Positions 1 through 8,434 of a stretch of DNA of 32,000 nucleotides are shown piece after piece (the first letter of the stretch is position 1; the number at the start of each line of letters is the position of its first letter). Source of the stretch: Candidatus Iainarchaeum sp. (GTDB lineage: Archaea; Iainarchaeota; Iainarchaeia; Iainarchaeales; CSSED10-239); assembly GCA_037441475.1 (NCBI GenBank), contig JBBISB010000001.1, positions 547,465 to 579,464 on the forward strand, given 5' to 3'. Under the pieces are notes generated by a model. The model was not told the DNA's origin. It did not search any database and saw only the letters and a program-made list of their open reading frames with translations. The position numbers were made by a program, and so were the translations under genes.

Positions 1-531
1 CTGAATGTTTTTAAAACCAATTTTTTCTAAAACCTTTTTTTCAGAGGCAAAGCCAAAAGATTTATTTTCTAAGGAAAACCATAGTGGCTTAATCCCAAGA
101 AGATCTCTTCTTAGGTATATTTTATTTCCATCATAAAAGCAAACAGCATATGGTCCATTCATCTCTTCAAATATCTTAAAACCAATCTTCTCTATTCCCT
201 TAATAATAAAGTCAGAGTCATTTTTAACCTTAATCTTATATTTTAAAGAAAGTTCTTTGTAATTATAGATCTCACAGTTTGAAACAAGTACTTTTCCTTT
301 ATGTACTATTGGTTGAGATACATTTCCTGTTATAGAAAGTAAGTTATGTGCAAAAACAACACCTGTAGATATGTTTTCTTTATTAAAGTTGTTAATCTCC
401 TTAGAATAAACACACCTACCATTAAAGTAAACTCCATTATTATCCAAACCTCTTTTTTCTAATATCTTAAGGGAGGCAATAATCTTTTCTTTACTTTCAG
501 GGACATTAACCAGTCCAATTATTGAGCACAT
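1..531 (-). CDS. Asparagine synthetase B-like protein, N-terminal class-II (Ntn) glutamine amidotransferase domain; the 3' part runs off the window
   Basis: Own translation of the minus strand from ATG at 531..529 gives MCSIIGLVNVPESKEKIIASLKILEKRGLDNNGVYF...VVFAHNLLSITGNVSQPIVH...VSNCEIYNYKEL...NDSDFII...RRDLLGIKPLWF...FGFASEKKVL. It has the Met-Cys N-terminus and the H..LSI..QP, N.EIYN, RD..GIKPL and FASE patterns typical of AsnB-type amidotransferases. The frame is open to position 1. It is absent from the ORF track because it is edge-truncated. Confidence 0.75.
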   Translation of the reverse strand, partial: MCSIIGLVNVPESKEKIIASLKILEKRGLDNNGVYFNGRCVYSKEINNFNKENISTGVVFAHNLLSITGNVSQPIVHKGKVLVSNCEIYNYKELSLKYKIKVKNDSDFIIKGIEKIGFKIFEEMNGPYAVCFYDGNKIYLRRDLLGIKPLWFSLENKSFGFASEKKVLEKIGFKNIQ

Positions 532-547
532 GTTTTAATGATTAGTT

Positions 548-654
548 TTTTAATATTTATTTTAATATAATATATTTTAATATAATATATTTTAATATTT
601 ATTTTAATATAATATATTTTAATATTTATTTTAATATAATATATTTTAATATAA
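548..654. repeat. AT-only tandem repeat built from a 12-nt unit X (TTTTAATATTTA) and a 15-nt unit Y (TTTTAATATAATATA) in the order X Y Y X Y X Y Y'
   Basis: Direct reading of 548..654. The units are perfect except the last, which diverges at ...ATAAC. The array lies in the divergent intergenic region between the asnB-like gene (-) and top6B (+). Each unit contains a TTTAATAT(A/T) TATA-box-like core. Confidence 0.9.
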
Positions 655-786
655 CAAGTAAGGTATATATACTTATTGTTACAAATATACTTTAATACTT
701 CTTATTTTTAAAAAAAGAATAAGCAGGTAAGCTTTTTAAATCTTTTTAACTATATTACATATATAAATATATTTTAGTGATACTTT

Positions 787-2517
787 ATGAGTGATGAAAA
801 ACAAACAAAACAAGAAACTCAAGTTTCAAAAGACGGAATTGATGCAAATGTTCTTTTCTCTGAGTTTAAGGAACATTCAGTAGCTGATTTTTTTAAAAAA
901 AATAGACAGATGTTAGGTCTTTATGGAAAACAAAGAACCTTAACCACAATAATACATGAACTTGTAACAAACTCCTTAGATGCTTGTGAAGAAGCAGGTA
1001 TCTTACCTGAAATTGAAGTTAAGATATCAGAGATTGGAGAGGAATACTATGAAATCTCTGTTATGGACAATGGTCCTGGTATACCAGAAAGCAAAATTGG
1101 TTCTGCTTTAGGTAAATTACTTGCAGGTACAAAGTTTCATAGGCTTGTTCAAACAAGAGGACAACAGGGTATCGGTGTTTCTGGAATTATTTTATTTTCA
1201 CAAATAACAACTGGTAAACCTACAAAAGTAATATCAGGTACCTCAAAAGAAAAAGCAGTTTTCTTAGAAATAACCATTGACTCTAAAACAAACTCTCCAA
1301 AAATGACAAATAAAGTATATTTAGAAAAGAAGTTTAGAGGAACAGCAATAAAAGCTAAGTTTAAAGAGATCCAGTATAAGAAAGGGCAAGGCTCTGTTGA
1401 TGAATACTTAAGAAGAACAGCAATCTCAAACCCACATGCAACCATACTTTTTGAAGACCCTTTCCAAGAGGTTACAAAGTATGAAAGAATAATTAAAAAT
1501 TTACCAAAAATACCTCAACAAGTAAAACCACATCCAAGAGGAGTTACAGTTGATGAAATGTTATCTCTTGCAAGATACACTCCAGCAAGAAAAGTATCCT
1601 CTTACCTAATGCTTGCCTTTGATAGGTTTGGTCAAACAGCAGTTGATTCTATCTCAAAGATGATACATTTTGATATTAATAAAGATCCTAAAAAATTAAC
1701 CTGGGAGGAAGCTGAAGAAATTGTTGCTGCTATAAAGCAAACAAAATTTATAGCTCCAAACACAAACAATCTTGTTCCTATAGGTGAAGATTTTGTTGAA
1801 AAGTCCTTAAGAACAATTGTTGAACCTGAGTTTTGTTTTGTATACACAAGAAAACCAGCTGTCTATAAAGGAGGGTATGCCTTCCAAGTAGAGGTTGCTG
1901 TTGCTTTCGGTGGAAATGCAGGACGTTTAGTAAGTGTCTCTTCTCCAAAGGCAAAGAACAGAAAAGATGATGTTGATCAAACTGATGAAACAAAGGAAGT
2001 TAGAGTCTCTGAAATCATAAGATATGCAAACAAATCCCCTCTTCTTTTTGATGCAGGTGGATGTGCGATTACTAAAACTGTACAATCAGTTGATTGGAAG
2101 AGATATGGTATCCAAAACTTTGAGTCAGCACCAGTAACTGTTTTTGTAAACCTAATCTCTGTACATATTCCATACACCTCTGCAGGTAAATCTGCAATAG
2201 CTGATGAAGAGGAAATTTTAGCTGAAATAAAATTAGCTTTAATGGATGTTTCAAGAAGACTTGGAAAATATATTGTTGATAAAAAGAAAGAAGCAGAAAA
2301 GTTAGAGAAAAGAAAGGTCTTTGCAAAGTATGCTCCTGAGATTGTAAATGCTCTTTCAAGAATAACAGGTGCAAATGCTCCTCTTTTACAAAAGAAATTA
2401 GATAAAATGGTTCTTGAAAAATTAAAGATGGATGACTTAGAGGAAGAAGAAGTTCCTGTTAAGGGAAAAAAGAAAATTAAAGAAGAGGATTTTGAGGATG
2501 ATTTTTCTGAGGAATGA
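787..2517 (+). CDS. top6B: DNA topoisomerase VI subunit B (GHKL ATPase plus transducer)
   Basis: Bergerat-fold motifs ELVTNSLDA (N box), DNGPGI (G1) and GQQGIGVS (G2). Length is 576 aa and it sits directly upstream of top6A. A GTGAT Shine-Dalgarno motif lies at 777..781. Confidence 0.95.
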   Translation: MSDEKQTKQETQVSKDGIDANVLFSEFKEHSVADFFKKNRQMLGLYGKQRTLTTIIHELVTNSLDACEEAGILPEIEVKISEIGEEYYEISVMDNGPGIPESKIGSALGKLLAGTKFHRLVQTRGQQGIGVSGIILFSQITTGKPTKVISGTSKEKAVFLEITIDSKTNSPKMTNKVYLEKKFRGTAIKAKFKEIQYKKGQGSVDEYLRRTAISNPHATILFEDPFQEVTKYERIIKNLPKIPQQVKPHPRGVTVDEMLSLARYTPARKVSSYLMLAFDRFGQTAVDSISKMIHFDINKDPKKLTWEEAEEIVAAIKQTKFIAPNTNNLVPIGEDFVEKSLRTIVEPEFCFVYTRKPAVYKGGYAFQVEVAVAFGGNAGRLVSVSSPKAKNRKDDVDQTDETKEVRVSEIIRYANKSPLLFDAGGCAITKTVQSVDWKRYGIQNFESAPVTVFVNLISVHIPYTSAGKSAIADEEEILAEIKLALMDVSRRLGKYIVDKKKEAEKLEKRKVFAKYAPEIVNALSRITGANAPLLQKKLDKMVLEKLKMDDLEEEEVPVKGKKKIKEEDFEDDFSEE

Positions 2518-2573
2518 TCTTTCTTTTTAACAAACTTTTTTAAAAAAAATATTTAAAAAAAAGTGATTAAATT

Positions 2574-3713
2574 ATGGTAAATCAAAAACCAATTAAAAGA
2601 GAACTTGAAAAACACGAAACCGAAACTTCAAAAGAAATTGGAGGCAGAGTTTACGATATTGCAAAAAATATTGTTCACCAAATAGAGAATGAACACTCTC
2701 CAACCTTTTCAACAAGGGTAAGAGGTTTATCAAATGTTTATTTTGATGATAAAAAAGGTTTCATACAGTTAGGGGATAAAACAGTTACAAGACCTTTCTT
2801 AAACTTAGGTGCAGCAAGAAAGTTTATGCAAACCATTTTAGTTACTGAAAAATGTAATGAATACTTAAAGCATTCAAAGACAGCCTCAATAAGAGAAATC
2901 TATTATGAGCTTAAACACACTATTGCAAAGACTAATGAAAATACTTTTGATGCTCAAGAGGAATCTAATGATGTAATTGTTGATATTGAACACTCAGTTT
3001 CAACCATAAGAGAAAAGCTTGGTCTTCAAGCAGACCCAAAGGGTGCTCTTTATGGGGATATAACCTTGGTTGATAGAAAACACTATAACGATGAGTTTAA
3101 TTGTAGTAATCTTGGAAGAGGGGGATGGTCTATTATGTCAAGACTTGAGCCTGATGAAATTGAAATAAAAGAAGTAAATGCAGATTTTGTTTTAGTTATT
3201 GAGACATCTGCGATGTATGGTAGATTGATTGAAGAAAACTATGCAAAGAAACATAGAGCTATCTTAGTTGGAACCTCGGGTCAAGCAGCAAGAGGGGCAA
3301 GAAGACTTATTCATCGTCTAAGATATGAGTTTAATTTACCTGTTATTGTCTTCACTGATGGAGACCCTTACGGATGGTATATCTACTCAGTTATTAAGAG
3401 TGGATCAATGGCCTTAGCTGCTCACTCTAAGTTTTTAGCAGTTCCTGATGCAAAGTATGTTGGTATGACCTTAACTGATGTTGAAACATACGGCCTTCAA
3501 AATGTTACTGAAAAAATGAAGGAAGGGGATGTTAAAAGAGCAAAGGAGCTTATGTCCTATGATTGGTTTAGATCTCCAGAATGGCAAAAAGAACTAAAGC
3601 TTGCAATTGATAAGAAGATAAGGATAGAGCAGCAAGCTCTTGCAAACAAATCCTTAGACTTTGTTGCTAAAAAATATCTTCCTGAGAAGATAGAAAAACA
3701 AATTTTCTTATAG
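2574..3713 (+). CDS. top6A: DNA topoisomerase VI subunit A (Spo11 family)
   Basis: Catalytic-tyrosine region SIREIYYELKH and Toprim motif VFTDGDPYGWYIY. Length is 379 aa and it pairs with top6B. GTGAT lies at 2563..2567. Confidence 0.95.
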   Translation: MVNQKPIKRELEKHETETSKEIGGRVYDIAKNIVHQIENEHSPTFSTRVRGLSNVYFDDKKGFIQLGDKTVTRPFLNLGAARKFMQTILVTEKCNEYLKHSKTASIREIYYELKHTIAKTNENTFDAQEESNDVIVDIEHSVSTIREKLGLQADPKGALYGDITLVDRKHYNDEFNCSNLGRGGWSIMSRLEPDEIEIKEVNADFVLVIETSAMYGRLIEENYAKKHRAILVGTSGQAARGARRLIHRLRYEFNLPVIVFTDGDPYGWYIYSVIKSGSMALAAHSKFLAVPDAKYVGMTLTDVETYGLQNVTEKMKEGDVKRAKELMSYDWFRSPEWQKELKLAIDKKIRIEQQALANKSLDFVAKKYLPEKIEKQIFL

Positions 3714-3751
3714 TTTTTTTAAAAATAAAAAGATTATAGATTGAGAAATTT

Positions 3752-4324
3752 ATGGATAGAGATTTACTAAGAAGGGCTTTATTTATTTTAAGTGTTTCTT
3801 CTATAGCATCTTTTTCATCTTTTAAAATTGATCAAAAGGTAAAGAGAGAAAATGTTAAAAAATATCTTTTTGAAAATCAAGTTAATTTTCTAACTAAAAA
3901 TTATAAATTAACAAAAGAAGATAGTATCTTTGTTGTTAAAGAAATATCTTCTATTCTTAAGGATTCAACTGTTTCTTTTAATGCAAAAAGTTTAGCTGAG
4001 CATGTAGATTATTATAGGAAATGCACACTTACAAGAAAAGCCTGCTTTCCTGCCTTTAATAGGTTTTATGAAAGCTTTACAAGTTCTTTATCTAAACAAA
4101 AGTTAGATTCTCTTTATCCTGTTTTAAGAAAATATTCTTCTTTTGAGACCTTTCAAAAAGAAAGAGGGACAACTGAGCTTATTTTTAAAAGTAAATTTAG
4201 GGATTATTTTTTTAAAAAGTTTGTAGATCCTACCCCAATTGATCCAAAACTTCCAAAGTACGATACTAGGGTTCCAAAAATTTATTTTACAAAAGCAGAA
4301 AGTACTAAAAAAAACTTTAGTTAA
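3752..4324 (+). CDS. Hypothetical protein, 190 aa, hydrophobic N-terminus
   Basis: Long ORF in an AT-rich genome, co-directional with and 38 nt downstream of top6A. I recognise no motif. Confidence 0.45.
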   Translation: MDRDLLRRALFILSVSSIASFSSFKIDQKVKRENVKKYLFENQVNFLTKNYKLTKEDSIFVVKEISSILKDSTVSFNAKSLAEHVDYYRKCTLTRKACFPAFNRFYESFTSSLSKQKLDSLYPVLRKYSSFETFQKERGTTELIFKSKFRDYFFKKFVDPTPIDPKLPKYDTRVPKIYFTKAESTKKNFS

Positions 4325-4402
4325 AAGAAAAGCATAAAAACATATAAATATCTTTTCATCTACTCTCTTATTATCTAAAAATATTTATTAAGTGATATAA
4401 AC

Positions 4403-6334
4403 ATGAGTGAAAAACTATATTCTCCATCAAAGGAGTTTCAAGAAAAGGCCTACATTAAATCCATGGAAGAGTATCAAAAGATATATGAAGCATCCATAAA
4501 AGATCCAGAAAGTTTCTGGGCAGCAGCTGCAAAAGATATTACTTGGTTTAAACCTTTTACATCTGTCTTTGAGTGGGAGGATAAAGAAAAATATCTTTAC
4601 TCATGGTTTAAGAACGGAAAATTAAATGTCTCCTACAACTGTTTAGATAGACATTTAGAAAAGAATGCAGAAAAAATAGCTTTAATCTTTCAAGGGGAAG
4701 AAGAAAATAATGTAAAAAAATATACTTACAGACAATTACATTTAGAAGTTTCAAGATTTGCAAATGTTTTAAAAAAACATGGTATAAAGAAAGGAGATAA
4801 GGTATCTATATACACGCCAATGATACCTGAGTTTTTAATTTCTATTTTAGCATGTGCAAGGATAGGTGCAATCCACTCTGTTGTCTTTGCAGGTTACAGT
4901 ACACAGACAACAAAAGAAAGAATTGAGTTTGCACAATCAAAGATGCTTATAACTGCTGATGGTTCTTTAAGATCTGGAAAGAAGATTAATTTCAAAGAAG
5001 AGGTTGACAAAGCAATCGCTGATATAAAAGGTATTGAAAAAGTAATCATTGTTAGAAATATAGGCGTTCCTTTAACTTTAAAAGAAAATGAATTTATTTA
5101 TCAAGATGAAATTAAAATGAAAGATATCTTGGACGAATGTCCTGCTGAGGAAATGGACTCTGAAGATCCTTTATTTATTTTATTTAATTCAGGCACTGTT
5201 GAAAAACCAAAAGGTACACTCCACACAAATGCTGGTTATTTAGTATACACAAAAGAGACTTTTAAGTACATATTTGATTATCATGGTGATGAGGTTTATT
5301 GGTGTACAGCAGACATAGGGTGGATAACTGGTCACTCCTATTTAGTTTACGGTCCACTTGCAAATGCAGCAACAGTTTTAATGTATGAAGGAATACCAAC
5401 ATTTCCAGATAATGAAACATACTGGAGAATTATTGAAAAACATAAAGTTAATATTTTTTATACAGCTCCAACAGTTATAAGGTCTTTAATGAGATATGGA
5501 ATTGATCCTGTAAAAAAGCATAATCTCTCTTCCTTAAGATTATTAGGTTCTGTTGGAGAGCCTATAAACCATGAAGCATGGGTCTGGTATTATGAAAACA
5601 TAGGCAATAGTAAATGCCCAATAGTTGATACCTGGTGGCAAACAGAGTCTGGTGGCTTTCTAATAGCACCATTTCCTGGCGCCTTTCCTTTAAAACCAGG
5701 CTTTGCAACAAAACCTTTCTTTGGTATTGATGCTGATGTCTTAAGAGAGGATGGTTCAAAAGCAGATGTTAATGAACCAGGTTCAGTGGTTATTAAAAAA
5801 CCATGGCCTGGGATGATGCGAACAATATACGGTGAACATCAAAAGTATCTTGACATATATATCTCAAAATACCCTGGCTATTACTTCTGTGGGGATAGAG
5901 GAAAGATTGATGAGAATGGTTATTTTTTCATAATTGGAAGAATGGATGATGTTATAAAAGTTTCAGGTCATCGTTTAGGTTCTGCAGAGATTGAGTCTGC
6001 CTTAGTTTCAAACAAGAATGTTGGTGAAGCGGCTGTTGTTCCTTTCCCTCATGAGATAAAGGGCCAAGCTCTTTATGCTTTTGTTATTTTAAGAGCAGGC
6101 ATAAGCCCTAGTGAAGAACTTGTAAAAGAACTAAGAGAGCATGTTTCAAAAGAAATAGGCCCGATTGCAAAACCTGATAAGATACAGTTTGTAGATGCTC
6201 TTCCAAAGACAAGTAGTGGTAAGATAATAAGAAGGATAGTACGTGCAATTGCTTATGATTCAGAGGACTATGGTGATCTTTCAACTTTGTTTAACCCAGA
6301 AGTTATTGATCAAATAAAAAGTAAAAAGATTTAA
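4403..6334 (+). CDS. acs: Acetyl-CoA synthetase (AMP-forming)
   Basis: N-terminal WFKNGKLNVSYNCLDRHL, adenylate-forming core YTSGTxxKPKG-like FNSGTVEKPKGTLHT, WWQTESGG, and C-terminal LPKTSSGKIIRR. Length is 643 aa. Confidence 0.95.
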   Translation: MSEKLYSPSKEFQEKAYIKSMEEYQKIYEASIKDPESFWAAAAKDITWFKPFTSVFEWEDKEKYLYSWFKNGKLNVSYNCLDRHLEKNAEKIALIFQGEEENNVKKYTYRQLHLEVSRFANVLKKHGIKKGDKVSIYTPMIPEFLISILACARIGAIHSVVFAGYSTQTTKERIEFAQSKMLITADGSLRSGKKINFKEEVDKAIADIKGIEKVIIVRNIGVPLTLKENEFIYQDEIKMKDILDECPAEEMDSEDPLFILFNSGTVEKPKGTLHTNAGYLVYTKETFKYIFDYHGDEVYWCTADIGWITGHSYLVYGPLANAATVLMYEGIPTFPDNETYWRIIEKHKVNIFYTAPTVIRSLMRYGIDPVKKHNLSSLRLLGSVGEPINHEAWVWYYENIGNSKCPIVDTWWQTESGGFLIAPFPGAFPLKPGFATKPFFGIDADVLREDGSKADVNEPGSVVIKKPWPGMMRTIYGEHQKYLDIYISKYPGYYFCGDRGKIDENGYFFIIGRMDDVIKVSGHRLGSAEIESALVSNKNVGEAAVVPFPHEIKGQALYAFVILRAGISPSEELVKELREHVSKEIGPIAKPDKIQFVDALPKTSSGKIIRRIVRAIAYDSEDYGDLSTLFNPEVIDQIKSKKI

Positions 6335-6355
6335 TCTTTTTTTAAAATAAATTTT

Positions 6356-6386
6356 TATAATGGTGGTTATAATAACCACTATTATA
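6356..6386. terminator. Imperfect palindrome (about 13-bp stem with one G.U) between the convergent acs and porB genes
   Basis: TATAATGGTGGTTAT A ATAACCACTATTATA, read directly; it is flanked by T/A runs. Archaeal termination normally needs only oligo-T, so any function is uncertain. Confidence 0.3.
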
Positions 6387-6389
6387 TGT

Positions 6390-8423
6390 TTACTTTAAAG
6401 GAAATGCTTCTTCCATTTTAAGAAGTTCTTTAAAGTCATTATCAATTTCTTCTTGTATCTTTTTAATTTCTTCTTTATTCTTTAAAACTTCCTTAAACTT
6501 AGTTTGCATTTTTAAAAATTCTTCAATTGGTTTTTTATTTGCAGGCTTATAGTTTACCTTATATTTTCCATCTTCAACTTCATAAAGAGGCCAAAAGTTA
6601 GTTTCAGTTGCAAGTTTTGAAATATCAATGGTTAAATCTTCAGGGGCCTTCATGTTTGTAGGGCAAGCAGCGTAAACAATAATAACAGCAGGTCCTTTCT
6701 TTTCAAAAGCCTTTCTAAACTTTTCATGCATGTCTAAAAGGTTTCCTGGGTTTGCAGTTGCAACATATGGTATTTTATGAGCAATAGCTATCTTTGCAAG
6801 ATCTTTTTGAAATTCTTTTTTCTCTCCTGGTGTTGTAGTTGTTTGTGCTCCATAAGGTGTTGCAGAGGATCTTTGCGCTCCTGTATTGTGAACCACAATT
6901 CCATCAGCAATAAAGTTGTGTTCTCCATCAACTCTTAAATCTAAAGTTTGTTCAATTCCTCTAGGAATGATATTTTTTATTTTTCTTGTTTCAAAATATT
7001 CATTTCCAATAAAATAATTTTGATATTTGTATTGAGAAGGATATTTTCCAACATCCCATTTATCTTTTTTACTAAAACAGATACTATAGTATTCTCCATT
7101 ACTTAACATCTCTCTATACACTACAAAAGTTCCTTTTGGTTTTTTCTGAACAGTTATTTTTCCAACTCTGTAATCCATTGTTTGTAGTAATAATCTTAAT
7201 CTCATAATTAAATCTTTACTTGCTGATAAATATCTACAACTATCTTTTTTCTTTTTATGAATATATCCATCAGACATTAATAAACCTTTTACAAACTCTT
7301 CTTTTTGATCTATTGGTAAAGTAAAAACCCAAGAAGGTATTGTTTTATTTTTAGCACCTTGCATAAATCCTAAAGAATTAATAAATTTTGAAATGTTTAC
7401 AGAATTATAGTAGATGTAATATTTATCTTTAGATTTATTTTCTTGTCCAAATATTTTTTTATGTATTTTTAAAAGTTCTTTTCTCTCATTTGTATTTTCT
7501 GGAAGAGCAAATCCAATTTCTCCTCTATCTTCTCTAATCCATCCATCTCCAACATAAAATCCTAACCATAACATTAATTCTTTTGAAGATTCATTAGGAA
7601 GTTTAACATCATTAATAATGTTTACTTTATAATCTCCTTTTTTAGTAAGCTTTATTTTATTAAACTGATATGGTTTTCCTTTATCATATAATTTTCTCAT
7701 AGTTACAATTTCATCATTTACTTTTAATTGAGAAACTGTTTTCCAAATTAGCTCGTTTTCTTTTCCTCTACCATTCCTTTTTAAAGTTAAGAAAGGGTGA
7801 TTTGATGTTGCTTTTATATTTTGGTGTATAGTTTCTATTTCATATACTTTTTTCCTTCCGTTATCAAAAACACCTGTGCATTCTTTTAGTACTGGCAAAT
7901 GTTTTTTTTGATCAAAAGCCCAGACTTTTTCTCCTTTTATAATTTCTGTTATTTTTTTAAGACCTGTTTCTGTCATTATTAATGAATCTGTTGATAAACA
8001 GTTTTGGTAACCTTCATTATCATAACAAACAAAAACAAAATCATGTCCTCTTTCAAGTGCTCCAGAAAGGCTCTGAAGTCCAATATCAAAGGCTCCACCA
8101 TCACCAGCAAATGACATAAATTTAATTTCTTCCTTTATCTTTCCTTTCTTCTTTAAGGCCCTGTAAGCTGTTTCAACACCAGATATGGTTGCTGCAGAGT
8201 TTGCAAAAACAGAGTGGATGAATGGTTCGTTCCAAGATGTATAAGGGTAGATTGTTGTTGTAACTTCAGCACATGATGTGGCAGATGAAGTTATTATCTT
8301 CTTATCAGTTGCAGCATATGCTGTCCTTAAGATAATAGCTATAGGGCACCCAGGACAAGTACGGTGTCCAGGAATAATAGCTTTTCTTTCATTAATTCTA
8401 TTTGCAAGTTCAATGTAGTTCAT
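6390..8423 (-). CDS. porB: Pyruvate/2-oxoacid:ferredoxin oxidoreductase beta subunit (TPP-binding), interrupted by an in-frame intein
   Basis: Exteins: N-terminal CPGCPIAI and FAGDGGAFDIG...VCYDNEGYQN; C-terminal TGAQRSSATPYGAQTTTTP. Extein total is 305 aa of the 677. It is the last gene of a porG-D-A-B array. Confidence 0.9.
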   Translation of the reverse strand: MNYIELANRINERKAIIPGHRTCPGCPIAIILRTAYAATDKKIITSSATSCAEVTTTIYPYTSWNEPFIHSVFANSAATISGVETAYRALKKKGKIKEEIKFMSFAGDGGAFDIGLQSLSGALERGHDFVFVCYDNEGYQNCLSTDSLIMTETGLKKITEIIKGEKVWAFDQKKHLPVLKECTGVFDNGRKKVYEIETIHQNIKATSNHPFLTLKRNGRGKENELIWKTVSQLKVNDEIVTMRKLYDKGKPYQFNKIKLTKKGDYKVNIINDVKLPNESSKELMLWLGFYVGDGWIREDRGEIGFALPENTNERKELLKIHKKIFGQENKSKDKYYIYYNSVNISKFINSLGFMQGAKNKTIPSWVFTLPIDQKEEFVKGLLMSDGYIHKKKKDSCRYLSASKDLIMRLRLLLQTMDYRVGKITVQKKPKGTFVVYREMLSNGEYYSICFSKKDKWDVGKYPSQYKYQNYFIGNEYFETRKIKNIIPRGIEQTLDLRVDGEHNFIADGIVVHNTGAQRSSATPYGAQTTTTPGEKKEFQKDLAKIAIAHKIPYVATANPGNLLDMHEKFRKAFEKKGPAVIIVYAACPTNMKAPEDLTIDISKLATETNFWPLYEVEDGKYKVNYKPANKKPIEEFLKMQTKFKEVLKNKEEIKKIQEEIDNDFKELLKMEEAFPLK
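6885..8000 (-). mobile_element. Intein (372 aa, residues 142-513 of PorB) with a double-motif LAGLIDADG homing endonuclease domain
   Basis: It starts with Cys (CLSTDSLIMTETG; TGT at 8000..7998). It has a block-B TxxH (ATSNHPF) and two LAGLIDADG motifs (LGFYVGDGWI and VKGLLMSDGYI). It ends ADGIVVHN (AAT at 6887..6885) and is followed by the +1 Thr of TGAQRSS. Confidence 0.85.
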
Positions 8424-8434
8424 TTATTTTCACT

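Noticed and set aside
548-654. Tandem repeat considered as a CRISPR array or as a replication origin
   Set aside because: The units are 12 and 15 nt, directly abutting with no unique spacers, and consist only of A/T, so this is not CRISPR. There are no ORB/mini-ORB-like inverted repeats with G-strings and no adjacent orc1/cdc6, so I cannot support an origin call.
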